In this document: positions 53,045 through 63,029 of the stretch, piece by piece | Layout of the letters: each line of letters begins with the position of its first letter | How positions within the stretch are numbered: the first letter of the stretch is position 1 | DNA from: Terriglobia bacterium | GTDB lineage: Bacteria; Acidobacteriota; Terriglobia; 20CM-2-55-15 | Length of the DNA: 64,000 bases | Reading direction: 5' to 3' | Assembly (NCBI GenBank): GCA_965218585.1 | Contig: CBDCLE010000026.1 | Location: 64,001-128,000, forward strand | The notes under the pieces: model-generated | Database searches by the model: none | The model's input: only the letters and a program-made list of their open reading frames with translations | Told to the model about the DNA's origin: nothing | Position numbers and translations under genes: made by a program

Positions 53045-54662
53045 ATGGACAGCAAGAACCAACATTACTCTCTGAAGGCAGTCGCGTTGGGGACCGCCGT
53101 GTCGATGCTGTTGGGTTCGTTTCCTCTGGATCTGGGAGCAGAGCCCGGGGACATCGTCGGGGACATCGTTCTCCTCGGTACAGTTGAGAGATCTGGTCGG
53201 CGTCTCACTAATGACGCAACGCTTTTCGAAGGCGACACTATACGAACAGCTTCGTCGAGTGGCGGCGTACTTCGCCTCGGGGGAGCCCGTATGGAAATTG
53301 GGCAGTCCACCTACCTGGAAATAGTTCGTGCCGAGCCTCTGACGATCACACTGAGTTCCGGTTCGCTTGCTTTCAATTTTCCTGACGAGTTCGATTTCGA
53401 GATTACGACGCCGCAACTCGAAGTTCGTCCGAACCCCGAGTCTCGGGCGGTTTCGGGAGAAATTCTCGCTATCCCGGAGGACGAAGACCGCGTAGAGAGC
53501 CGTAGCGGCTCCCTGAGCATCCTTGAAAGACAGGAACATGGTGCGATGCGAAGTGTGAACGGAGGAGAAATCCTGATCGCATCGTTAGTACCCACGGTCT
53601 CCATCCCGGTTGCCAGCCCCACGTTTGCGCCACTGCAGGCGCCAACCCCTATCGCCCAATTCCAGGCCGTTGAAGGGGACGTCCGACTCCAGCGCGTTAA
53701 TACCACCCTGACGACACGTGTTGAGAATCCAGGCATCGCTTTGTTCAACGGCGATACCGTGAGCACTCTTCAAGGTCGGACCGATATCCTCTTCACGGAT
53801 CAAAGCCTGATCAGTCTTGACGTGGGCACCACGGTCACGCTCGAAGAGCAACCCCAGCCTACCGGCATCTTTCGTCGGATCACGCAGGGCTTGGGTAACC
53901 TCTTCTTCGACATCCAGGAGGTTGTGGGAACCGAAACCTCACTTGAAACACCGACAGCGGTGGCAGCCATAAGAGGAACAGAAGGTAACCAGATTGTCCC
54001 CAACGAAACTCAGAGCACACACGCGCTGAATGAAGGACTGGAAGACATTACTGAGCGGATCACACAGCAGACCGTCACGATAACCGACGGCCAGCAGGTC
54101 ACGGCGATTCGGGGTGTCGGTTTCACACCCATCGTCGCCCTGTTAGCCCTGATCCCCAGACCGGGCATAGGCGGGGGCGGCGGCGCGGCGGGCGGGGGCG
54201 GTGCGGGCGGGGGTGCTGCAGGCGGCGGTGCGGGCGCGGGGGGGCGGTGCGGGCGCCGGCGCGGGTGCTGGTGCGGGCGGCGCGGCCGGTGGAGCGGCGG
54301 GCGCAGCTGCCGGAGCCGCGACGTCCACGGTAACTTCTGTCGCCTCTGTCGCAGCAGCGACGGCAGCTACGGCGGCGGGTGTTACAGCTGCCGTTGTCAT
54401 TCCAACCACAAGCGACGAACCCGCCCCCGAAGACTCAGCGACCGTACCGCTGAGCCGGCCGGGAGGCGAACTTACGACCGGAGGCGAACTCACTGCCGCA
54501 CTTTCCGTACCGATCGCCAGCCGACGAGGCCCACCACCCGCCAGTGCATCCGCACCCGGACGGCCTCTAGGTCGACCTCCTGATCGGTCAGACGGACCAC
54601 CAGGACAGCAGGAGGGTGGACCACCGGGACAGCCGGAAGACAGACCTGTCGGACGACCATAG
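53045..54662 (+). CDS. Exported protein with two FecR-like domains and Gly/Ala/Pro-rich tail (frameshift in G-run near 54240)
   Basis: LFEGDTIRT...ITTPQ and LFNGDTVST...LETPTAVAAIRGT; tail continues in the 54201..54662 frame. Confidence 0.75.
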
Positions 54663-54789
54663 AAAACGAGTTGCAGTCAGTCCACGCCTGACTTAACACA
54701 GACTGCGCAAACCAGCCCGGACTGCATCCGCAGTTCAATGTTTGAACCAACCTGTCAGATCCGCCATAGGCGGTAGAATGACCAGCTCT

Positions 54790-55299
54790 ATGTTGAAAGA
54801 TCACACGGACACACTGAGGAAGGGATATCCGGCGCCCGAATTCGAGCTACAGACGGCGAACGGGGAAAAATTCGCCAGCAAGGATCTCAGGGGGAAGAAG
54901 TCGGTGGTGTTCTTCCTGCGGGGGACCTGGTGACCTAACAGCAGAAAGCAACTGACTCAGTTGGAGTCAGATTGGGACGAATTTGATCGAAAGGGCGTGG
55001 GAGTTGTCTGCATCGCAGCCCAGAAGATTGATGGCATGACAGGAGCGAAAAAATTCGTAGAAAAACACAACTACAGGTTCCCGATCCTGTTTGACGAGAC
55101 GCGTGAGGTAACGAAAGCCTACGGCGTATATCACCACGTCGGCCTGGATGCCTATCGCATCGCCCACCCTTCGGCATTCATTCTTGATCCCGAAGGGGAA
55201 ATCCAATGGATCGCCGTCAGCCCGAACCAGGTCGAACTGCCTCAGAACTCAAATATCTTCGAAACCATTCAAGCTATCGAAGCCGCCGGTAAATATTGA
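54790..55299 (+). CDS. Peroxiredoxin-like (AhpC/TSA) selenoprotein with Sec at UGA 54931-54933
   Basis: ORFs 54742-54933 and 54961-55299 are in frame: APEFEL..VVFFLRGTW-U-PNSRKQL..FPILFDE..AYGV..PSAFILDPEG; UGA occupies the CxxC position. Confidence 0.85.
54949..54974 (+). promoter_or_regulatory. Candidate bacterial SECIS element
   Basis: CAACUGACUC-AGUUG-GAGUCAG(A)UUG; apical loop begins 25 nt after the UGA, with GU at loop positions 2-3. Confidence 0.7.
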
Positions 55300-56473
55300 A
55301 ACCCACTTTGAAGGAATCTGTCCCGTTCACCGTGTACTGAGCCGTCGTCAAGGGACGGGCGGTGGAGAGAACGAACTCAAAGGTGTGCCGGAAGGTAGCT
55401 TTCTGAACGCCCACCGAAACGGCCGGCCGATCGAATATCTCTCCGGTAAATCCCTTCACACGAGGCACATACTCTCCTACTACCGAGACCGACGGGGTGA
55501 GTCTCACGCCTGCACCCACACCGATCGCGGCCGTGTAGTCAAACTCTTCTCCGAAGAGAAACTGTGACGGCAAAAAGGTGTCGTCGTTCCGCGTATTGAA
55601 GGCAATACTGGGCGCAACGGAAAGCGAAAATCGGTCTCCGAAGCTTCGTGTCGAAACAAACTGCACAAACGGAGCAAACCGATCCCGAAAGTTATTCCGG
55701 CCTTCGATTCCGACGCGAAGCTGTGTAGACAACGGGGTTTCGGAACTCTGTTGGGAAAGTTGGAACTGCGAACTGAGTTCTATGGTCCGGTCCAGATTGC
55801 TGCGCATCGCCGAAACGCTCAGTCGATCGGTTAACCCCACCTGAACGCCAAATGTCACAAGCGCGCTGCTATCGAAACCAAACAGGTTTGCAGGCGAATC
55901 CCGGTCAAAGACAGGGAACGTGAAACGATGTCCGATCAGGAACTCTACACCTCCACGCTCCATTCCCTTACCGTTGGGCAGATTGACGATCCGCGGACCG
56001 AAGAAGGCACCTTCCGAGGTGAAGGCGTCCACTGGGCTGGTGGGTACAGGGGCAACCACCGGCGCCTCGATTGCCACCTGAGGCTGGCTAATCACTCCCC
56101 CCACGCTTCTCGCCCCAAGATCCGCCAGGTACTGCTCACCGTCCACTTCCACAACCAGCCGAGCGTTCTCGGGATCCGAAAAATGCAGAATCGTCGCATC
56201 TCCCAGTGGCGCCTGGTTGTACGTGAAACGGTCCGGAAACTGGGAACGCAGCAAGGGTGTGATTGTCATCTCGCTCTCGGCGAAGGCCAGACCAAATTCG
56301 TTTCTCGGCCCTCCACCATTCGGGTTGATGTGACACACACTGCAACTATCAACACCGGGGTTGCGGAAGGGATCAGCCTGATAAATCTGGAGGAACGCGG
56401 GAAAGGCGGATGCCGGCACCGACCAGACGACGAGGAACATCAGAAATATTATGCTTCTACCGGTTCGAGTCAT
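55274..56473 (-). CDS. Signal peptide, monoheme cytochrome c motif and DUF5777-like outer-membrane beta-barrel
   Basis: CSVCH-INPNGGGPRN; FLIGHRF, LFGFDS, TFRHTFEF and terminal VGFNIYR beta-strand. Confidence 0.7.
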   Translation of the reverse strand: MTRTGRSIIFLMFLVVWSVPASAFPAFLQIYQADPFRNPGVDSCSVCHINPNGGGPRNEFGLAFAESEMTITPLLRSQFPDRFTYNQAPLGDATILHFSDPENARLVVEVDGEQYLADLGARSVGGVISQPQVAIEAPVVAPVPTSPVDAFTSEGAFFGPRIVNLPNGKGMERGGVEFLIGHRFTFPVFDRDSPANLFGFDSSALVTFGVQVGLTDRLSVSAMRSNLDRTIELSSQFQLSQQSSETPLSTQLRVGIEGRNNFRDRFAPFVQFVSTRSFGDRFSLSVAPSIAFNTRNDDTFLPSQFLFGEEFDYTAAIGVGAGVRLTPSVSVVGEYVPRVKGFTGEIFDRPAVSVGVQKATFRHTFEFVLSTARPLTTAQYTVNGTDSFKVGFNIYRRLR

Positions 56474-57104
56474 GAGTCTCCTCGGTAATTAAGGGACTCG
56501 CAATCGGCAACTTATTGAACCGATGACGGGACACGTGTGGATTTCGCGCAGCAAAAAACCGCCATGGCTTGTCGCGATACTCTCCTGCGTAGTCCACTCC
56601 AATACGCGCACTGGCAAGAATGTCACCAGGATTCAGGTCTCTGTCTTCAAGCCACAACTCCTCCGAGTCCAGGCTCACGGCATTCAGACTCCTGTCCACT
56701 GCCATTGCCTGGCATAGCTTGGCCGGTCCACTGCCGATGTCTCGGTCTCGTGAAACACGTTGACGGTTCCTTCGCATCAGCTCCAGGCCCTCGACGGGTT
56801 CGATAGCTCGGATCAGAACCGCGGCGGGGTACCCCTCCCGTTCCGTAACGGCATTGAGACAAGAATGAAAGCCATAGACAACGAACACGTACGCGTGACC
56901 CGGTTTGCCGAACATCACTTCCGTACGCGGTGTTCTGCCCTTGGAGGCATGGCACGCCAGGTCATCCTCCCCGATGTAAGCCTCGGTTTCGACGACCATC
57001 CCGGCGGTGTGTCCCGTCCGAAGCGGCCGGACCAACACCTTGCCGATCAAATCAACAGCGACATCGATGGTTGGACGGGAATAAAAGCTTTTGGGAAGCT
57101 TCAC
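56457..57104 (-). CDS. mpg: DNA-3-methyladenine glycosylase
   Basis: VETEAY.G..D.ACH, YGFH.CLN, AVLIRA.EP, GPAKLC, RIGV..PWRF motifs. Confidence 0.92.
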   Translation of the reverse strand: MKLPKSFYSRPTIDVAVDLIGKVLVRPLRTGHTAGMVVETEAYIGEDDLACHASKGRTPRTEVMFGKPGHAYVFVVYGFHSCLNAVTEREGYPAAVLIRAIEPVEGLELMRRNRQRVSRDRDIGSGPAKLCQAMAVDRSLNAVSLDSEELWLEDRDLNPGDILASARIGVDYAGEYRDKPWRFFAARNPHVSRHRFNKLPIASPLITEETHDSNR

Positions 57105-58609
57105 TGTCTTCTTGCTTCGGTCAACCCCGCCGACGGCATCATTGCGACCGAGAGCAGGCCGAGAACACTCACAACGGTTCCTACGATAAATACTGAGTGC
57201 AGAGAATTCGCGAGCATAGATTGGAAGGCGGCCACCAGTTCCGGAGAGACCGTGTCGCGGATGGCCGGCTGCAGGAACGCGTTGGGATCCTCAGCCAATT
57301 GCTGGAAACCGAGGTCCGCTCCGGATCCGGATCCGAGAGCGGCAATCTGTGTCGTCATACCCTGGGCCATAACTGTCCCCATAATGGCAACACCGACGGC
57401 GCCGCCGATACTTCTAAAAAACTGAGCTGTCGAGGTCGCAATTCCCAACCGCTCACGGGATACGGATGACTGTACGGCAATGAGTTGCGTAATCATGACC
57501 AGACCCATGCCTGATCCGATGAGCCCCACATTCCACAGTACGACACCGATCCGAGTCTCGCTCGTCATCATGTCCAGGAGGATGAATCCGGCTACCATGA
57601 GCAGCATGCCCGCCAACATGACCCACCGGAAATGAAACCACAGAAGCAGACGGCCTCCGACAACCGAGAACACAACCCATCCCATCAGGAGCGGTGTAAG
57701 GACCGACCCAGCACGCGTGGCTCCAGTGCCCATAACACCCTGAACGAAGAGCGGGATGAAAGAAATCAACCCGAAAATGGCCATACCGGAGAGGAATCCG
57801 TTGAATACGGCTCCAGAAAACACACGTTGACGCAAAAGATCGACCGGGATCAGAGGTTCTTCGGCACGTCTCTCCGCTCTGACAAACAGCATCATGGCAA
57901 CGACGGATCCCGCCGCCAGCATGAGGTTGTTCGACGAAAACAACCCGGCGGACTCCTCACCCCCGACCAGCACCAACATCAGCAACGTTACCGACACCGT
58001 GAACGAAAGCATGCCGAACACATCTATTTCCCGCCGCTTCCCATCAGAGGGTGCTTCTACGAACTGGGTTCCAATGATGAAGGCAGCCACAAGACCGAAA
58101 GGAATGTTCAGGTAGAAAACCCATCGCCAACTGATCTGCTCAGTGATAACGCCGCCCAGCAGAGGGCCGACAATCGAAGCCAACCCCCAAACCCCGCTGA
58201 AGAACCCCTGGACCCTGGCCCTTTCGACGGGAGTGTACAACTCCGCAACAATCGTCATCGCGAGCGGCAGAAGACCACCCGCACCCAAGCCCTGGATAGC
58301 TCGAAACGCAATGAGTTGCGTCATTGACTGAGCCTGCCCGGAAAGAATGGACCCCAACAGGAAAATGGAAATCGCCAGCAGGTAAAGAGGACGTCGCCCA
58401 TATAAATCGGAAAGCTTGCCCCAGGCGGGAACGGTTACCGTCGAGGCCAGCAGGTAGGCTGAAAAGACCCAGCTATAGAGTTCCAGCCCACCCAGTGAAG
58501 CAATCACAGTGGGCATAGCAGTGCCGACGACAGTCGCTTCCAGCGCCGCCAGGAACATTCCGATCAGGATACCGATCGTAATAGTGAGTCGCTTCGTTGA
58601 GGTCTGCAC
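57101..58609 (-). CDS. MFS multidrug transporter (14-TM DHA2 type)
   Basis: LEATVVGTAMP, GKLSDLYGRR, RAIQGLGAG, GPLLGG, WRWVFYLNIP motifs. Confidence 0.92.
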   Translation of the reverse strand: MQTSTKRLTITIGILIGMFLAALEATVVGTAMPTVIASLGGLELYSWVFSAYLLASTVTVPAWGKLSDLYGRRPLYLLAISIFLLGSILSGQAQSMTQLIAFRAIQGLGAGGLLPLAMTIVAELYTPVERARVQGFFSGVWGLASIVGPLLGGVITEQISWRWVFYLNIPFGLVAAFIIGTQFVEAPSDGKRREIDVFGMLSFTVSVTLLMLVLVGGEESAGLFSSNNLMLAAGSVVAMMLFVRAERRAEEPLIPVDLLRQRVFSGAVFNGFLSGMAIFGLISFIPLFVQGVMGTGATRAGSVLTPLLMGWVVFSVVGGRLLLWFHFRWVMLAGMLLMVAGFILLDMMTSETRIGVVLWNVGLIGSGMGLVMITQLIAVQSSVSRERLGIATSTAQFFRSIGGAVGVAIMGTVMAQGMTTQIAALGSGSGADLGFQQLAEDPNAFLQPAIRDTVSPELVAAFQSMLANSLHSVFIVGTVVSVLGLLSVAMMPSAGLTEARRQ

Positions 58610-58777
58610 TACTTCAATTCTGCTGGAGACAGAGGTCGAAATTTACCAGCCGAGGCATGGCAAACGCTTACTTGAAAATGAAATGGGAGCACCCCGCCTG
58701 CCGGATTCGACTGGCCGCGGGGTTTTCGGATTCCTGGGAGGGGCGGTTCGATCACTCGAACCGGCAAATGCGAAACC

Positions 58778-58978
58778 TTACGCGGCCCTGTTCTTACCCT
58801 TACCTGCTTTCTTTATTTTCCAGTGCGCAAAGGGATATTTATGTCCACAGTTCGGACATTCCCAAGCACCCTGGCGGGTGTCGACCTCCGACTCGTGGAA
58901 CATGCTGACGACCAGGTGACACTGCAGACACATCGTCGGCTGGCTGTTAATCCTTTTGCTTTCAATAACTTTTGTCAT
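58778..58978 (-). CDS. Small zinc-ribbon protein with basic tail
   Basis: CLQC...CPNCGH four-Cys pattern; KIKKAGKGKNR tail. Confidence 0.6.
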   Translation of the reverse strand: MTKVIESKRINSQPTMCLQCHLVVSMFHESEVDTRQGAWECPNCGHKYPFAHWKIKKAGKGKNRAA

Positions 58979-59184
58979 TTCTCTAAAACCCTCTGCCGTT
59001 GCCGGGCACATCCCTGATTGAGATGGTTCCCTGCCGTTTGGGTTTTAGACGATGGAAATCGAAAAACCGTACCACTATCAAGCAATTCTTCATCAGAATA
59101 GCGGATCAGTAGAGCTTAAGCTACTGAAAAACCGATAGGTTCTCGGCCGCTAGCACGACGAGAACCGTGCTATTATCCGGATTT

Positions 59185-60768
59185 ATGCGCATCCCTGTAA
59201 TCCCAATGGCCGTAGTAGCCATACTGGTGAGCGTCGTCTTAGGCGTTATCACACTCCTTCCGCCTGCCGAACGGTTTCTGGATGCACCCATTGTCAGAGC
59301 CCTCCTGGACATCGATGGTGTGGAAACCGACGTCGCCGTAGCTCCGGACGGTGTTCGGTATGCCGTTATCTCTTCGGGAAACCTGTGGTTTACCGATACG
59401 GAGGACGACAGTCGGGTACAACTCACCGACTCGGAGGAGGCTGAATCATCTCCAGCGTGGACCCCGGACGGCAACCGGATCGCGTTCACACGCCAGGAGG
59501 ATACCTACGTTATTCACCCGGAAAGCCGCGAAGAAGAATTGTTCATGGCCGACGCCACCGACCTCTCCTGGTCAGGGACGGGTCAAACAACCTTCGTGCG
59601 AGAGGGCGGACTCTGGGTGGCAACCGTTAACGGAACAGAGGCTCGCGAAATTGTTCCAGCGAACGACAATCCTGATGTGGCCATCCGGACACCACGCTTC
59701 TCTCCCAATGGAAATCAGATCCTCTTTATCCTTTCCATGCTCAACTTGCACGGGGAGATCTGGGTCGCCGACGCGTCGACAGGGGACGCCATTCCCGTAA
59801 TCGCAGATCGGAGCGCCGAAAACCCAACGGGGGCCGACTGGATCATCGACAATCGACACATCGCGTACGTAACAGACAGGGGTGGGGGCCTCGCGGTCTG
59901 GTATGTGGACCTGGATGAATCAACGCTGGTCCCCATAACCGCACCCATGATGGGTCGATCGTTGGCACCGGTAGGGATCGGAGTCCATGGCGAGAGGATC
60001 GTCCTCCCCAGACACTTTATCGATTCCGATATCCGGACTTCCGATGGCCAGCCACTGGTCGAAACCGGGCGTCTGGAGTTTGATCCGGCTGTTTCGAAGG
60101 ACGGAGAATTCATTGCGTACACGGTGGAGAACGAAAGCCGGTTTGAGATATGGATGGCCGAGGTCAACGGGGGCGATCCCCAATACGTAGCCCTGGGTCG
60201 ACATCCCCGCTTTTCACCCAGTGGCAATGAGATCGTTTACTCGAGAGTCGATCTGGACGGGAACAAGGACGTCTGGAAAGTGGACGTGAGGACAGGTCTA
60301 CCGGAACGACTCACCGATGCCGTTGAGATCGACGACGTACCCGACTGGTCCCCGGACGGACGTTCCATCGTGTTCTCTTCCGAGCGTGAAGGCCAGCTCG
60401 CTCTCTGGACGATTCCCGCCTCCGGCGGACAACGACTCCAACTCAACGGAGGTGGCTATGCACCTCGATTTTCCCCGGATGGCAGTCGTGTAACGTATTG
60501 GTATCAGGGCGGCTTATGGACTGCGGGCCTGGACGGAGGCCAAGCGATGCGGGTCGCTGAGGTCGGGGCACCAGTTTTTGGTGCATGGGGCCCCGAGGGC
60601 CCGGTCTTTTCGGAAGGAGGCCGGATTCCGGACGATCCGACACTGGAACCTGCTATGGAGATCTGGCCATCCTTTGACCGCCTTCCCGATGGTAGCTGGG
60701 TGGTTGCGGCGCTCGAAGTCGAGAAGACCGAACTTTGGGTGCTCGACCTCGTCTTTTCGGAACAGTGA
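59185..60768 (+). CDS. TolB-like PD40 beta-propeller protein
   Basis: N-terminal hydrophobic anchor; repeated P.WSPDG / PRFSP.G blades. Confidence 0.85.
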   Translation: MRIPVIPMAVVAILVSVVLGVITLLPPAERFLDAPIVRALLDIDGVETDVAVAPDGVRYAVISSGNLWFTDTEDDSRVQLTDSEEAESSPAWTPDGNRIAFTRQEDTYVIHPESREEELFMADATDLSWSGTGQTTFVREGGLWVATVNGTEAREIVPANDNPDVAIRTPRFSPNGNQILFILSMLNLHGEIWVADASTGDAIPVIADRSAENPTGADWIIDNRHIAYVTDRGGGLAVWYVDLDESTLVPITAPMMGRSLAPVGIGVHGERIVLPRHFIDSDIRTSDGQPLVETGRLEFDPAVSKDGEFIAYTVENESRFEIWMAEVNGGDPQYVALGRHPRFSPSGNEIVYSRVDLDGNKDVWKVDVRTGLPERLTDAVEIDDVPDWSPDGRSIVFSSEREGQLALWTIPASGGQRLQLNGGGYAPRFSPDGSRVTYWYQGGLWTAGLDGGQAMRVAEVGAPVFGAWGPEGPVFSEGGRIPDDPTLEPAMEIWPSFDRLPDGSWVVAALEVEKTELWVLDLVFSEQ

Positions 60769-61520
60769 CATTGGACTTTGAAAACAAAATCGTTGTCGTA
60801 ACTGGTGCCACAAGCGGCATCGGGCACGCTACAGCCCTGGGATTTGCCGTGCAGGGCGCAACCGTTGCGGGAATAGGAAGAAGCTCGGAAAAACTCGACG
60901 AGTTATCCGCGAAGGGAATACGAGGTTATCAGGCGGACCTTCGCTCAGAAAACGAAACGACCGAAATCGTCAAGACGATGCTGGATGAGCTCGGAGGCAT
61001 CGATGTGCTTGTAAATGCCGCTGGGATCATCGCCTCAGGAAGCATCGAAGACACAACGTTGGCCGACTACGACACGATGATGGGCATCAACGTACGTTCT
61101 ATTTTTCATCTCACCCAACTCTGCCTGCCGTCGATCATCGAGAGGAAGGGGAACGTCGTCAACGTCTCGAGCGTCACAGGCCCCAGGGCTTTCCCCGGTG
61201 TTCTCGCCTACTGTGTCAGCAAGGCTGCATTGGACCAGCTCACTCGCTGCGCTGCGCTGGAATTGGCGCCCAAAGGCGTGCGGGTCAACTCGGTCAATCC
61301 GGGCGTGGTAGGAACGAACCTGCACACGAGTTCGGGAATGGGACCCGACGCCTACGGCGCCTTTGTCGAACACAGCAAGACGACCCATCCGCTCGGTCGA
61401 ATCGGGAAGCCTGATGAGATCGCCGACCTGGTCATGTACCTCGCCTCTGACCGCGCGGGATGGATCACCGGGGCCACCTACGCGATTGACGGCGGCCGCG
61501 GCGAAACCTGCGCAAGATAG
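60765..61520 (+). CDS. Classical SDR oxidoreductase
   Basis: TGATSGIG, VNAAG, NVSS, YCVSK, VNPG, DGG motifs; GTG start overlapping upstream TGA. Confidence 0.92.
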   Translation: MTLDFENKIVVVTGATSGIGHATALGFAVQGATVAGIGRSSEKLDELSAKGIRGYQADLRSENETTEIVKTMLDELGGIDVLVNAAGIIASGSIEDTTLADYDTMMGINVRSIFHLTQLCLPSIIERKGNVVNVSSVTGPRAFPGVLAYCVSKAALDQLTRCAALELAPKGVRVNSVNPGVVGTNLHTSSGMGPDAYGAFVEHSKTTHPLGRIGKPDEIADLVMYLASDRAGWITGATYAIDGGRGETCAR

Positions 61521-61708
61521 AAATCAGAATCCAGAAGTCAGAACGCAGAGACGCAGAGTATAGGAAGAAATAGGCTCTGTAAGATCTAGTGGTACGGAAC
61601 CTTGAGAGTTCCCAACAACTGTTACGCCAACCCACCCGCGATGGTCGACTTGGGAGCACACAATGGAGTTCTTGTCTCTTCTGATCAGCGACAATCAAAA
61701 CTCCCGGC

Positions 61709-62954
61709 CGTATTGCCTCATTTAAAAATGTTACCGAACTGAGGGTTGTTGCCTCATCGAAAATGTTACCGAACGACCGGTCAAACGGGAGAGTTCTTCC
61801 CGCCGTCGAGGCTGTGGGGCGACCGCCTTTTCCACAGCCCCCGTCGCCCGCAGATGCTGAAGCCGGGCGGACCCGATCCAGTTCGAGCCACTCGCCATCG
61901 AAAGTCTCCAGAATCTGACGCCGCCATTCGCGCACGCGCCGCTGCAGGGTCCGTAACTGACCGTTGGGGTAACGTCCCGGGCGCCGCTGCTGAAGCTCAA
62001 GCAACAGCGACTTTGATGTTCGCCCGGGATCGGATTCAAGCCATGACCGCATCTCCTCCCAGACGCCGTCGAACGGGTCCGGGCGAGTACGCCAGGTGTG
62101 GGGCACAGGTTGTTTCCGTGTTTTGCGATACCGACGCGTGATTCGTTGCTCGAAGCCGGGATCGGGGAGTTCCGCCTCAATCGGGGCTCGGTCTGCATCT
62201 GCGTCGCAGTTCGGGGACACAAGGGCGGCGCGCACGATGTCGTCCGTTAGCGTGGGAGAGGCCAGTTCCTTCGCATGTCTCCAGAATGCATCCTGGAGTT
62301 TCTCAAGCTGTCGTAGGAGATCGACCGGATCCGAACGTTCATAAATCGCAGCAAGGCGAACGCGAACCTCCGGGTCGAGCGCATCCGAATTCGAGAGCCG
62401 TTGATAGGGTGTTTGCGCGATATCGTAGCGTTTCGTCACCCGGGATCCATCGCGAGTCTTCGTCGTGAGCTTCATGGACGGCTGGAAGAAGTTCACGTAG
62501 AGCCGGACCACTCGGTAGAGCTCGGCAAGCTGCCTGTATGCCAGTGAGCCTTCGTAGCGGTCGTAGCCGACCAATTGGCGGACGATCGAGCCGTTCTTCT
62601 GTTCGACGAAGCACTGGTCGTTCTTCCGGCGCGCCCGGCCTCGGGTGAATTGAATCGTTTCACGCTCGCAGTAGGCGAGGAGTCCGTAGTTCATGAACTC
62701 GGAACCGTGTCGTTCAGAAGCCGTGTCGCGTGCTTCCGATGGAACCCGGTCGATTCAAGGAACTCATCCAGGATTCGCTTCTTCTCCGGTCGCGCCGCAT
62801 TCTTGTAGCGAACCGCCGTTCGTAGAGCTAATTCTCGCCTTGCCGCAACAGTCATGTGTGTCCTCACTTCCCACCTCCGTTCTCATAGAGTTGGGTAACA
62901 TTTCTAATAAGGCAACAACCCTCAGTTCGGTAACATTTTCAATGAGTCAATGCG
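61709..62954 (-). mobile_element. Internally deleted IS (integrase-core DDE transposase, ISNCY/ISLbi1-like by recall) with long bipartite terminal inverted repeats
   Basis: About 65-bp imperfect IRs (61709-61774 and 62890-62954), each with two GGTAACATTT..ATGAGGCAA-type units; transposase motifs KNDQCFVEQKNGS.VR..VGY.R, NFFQPS.KL, LRTLQRRV. Confidence 0.85.
61800..62855 (-). pseudogene. Transposase pseudogene
   Basis: N-terminus MTVAARRELA..KKRILDEF..GFHRKHA.RLL joins out of frame near 62710 to GSEFMNY; the central catalytic region is missing. Confidence 0.8.
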
Positions 62955-63029
62955 AGAAGGAATTCTGATTGACGTTGGACACTCTTCTTTCTCTGCGTCC
63001 CCTGCGCCTCTGCGATGATTCTTCCGCAG

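Noticed and set aside
54931-54933. Alternative genetic code (UGA as Trp/Gly) as explanation of the in-frame TGA
   Set aside because: TGA acts as a normal stop in many genes here, including ATGA overlaps; this one sits at a catalytic Cys position.
61560-61708. Possible decayed PIN/VapC fragment (LVSSDQRQ..REGILI) split by the IS
   Set aside because: Similarity too short and degraded to call without a profile search.
61709-61774. Short direct repeats as mini-CRISPR or dif site
   Set aside because: Mirrored at 62890-62954 as IS terminal inverted repeats.
61465-61800. C-terminal extension of the 409-aa transposase ORF into the SDR gene
   Set aside because: Read-through across the IS end in a pseudogene; not a credible protein region.
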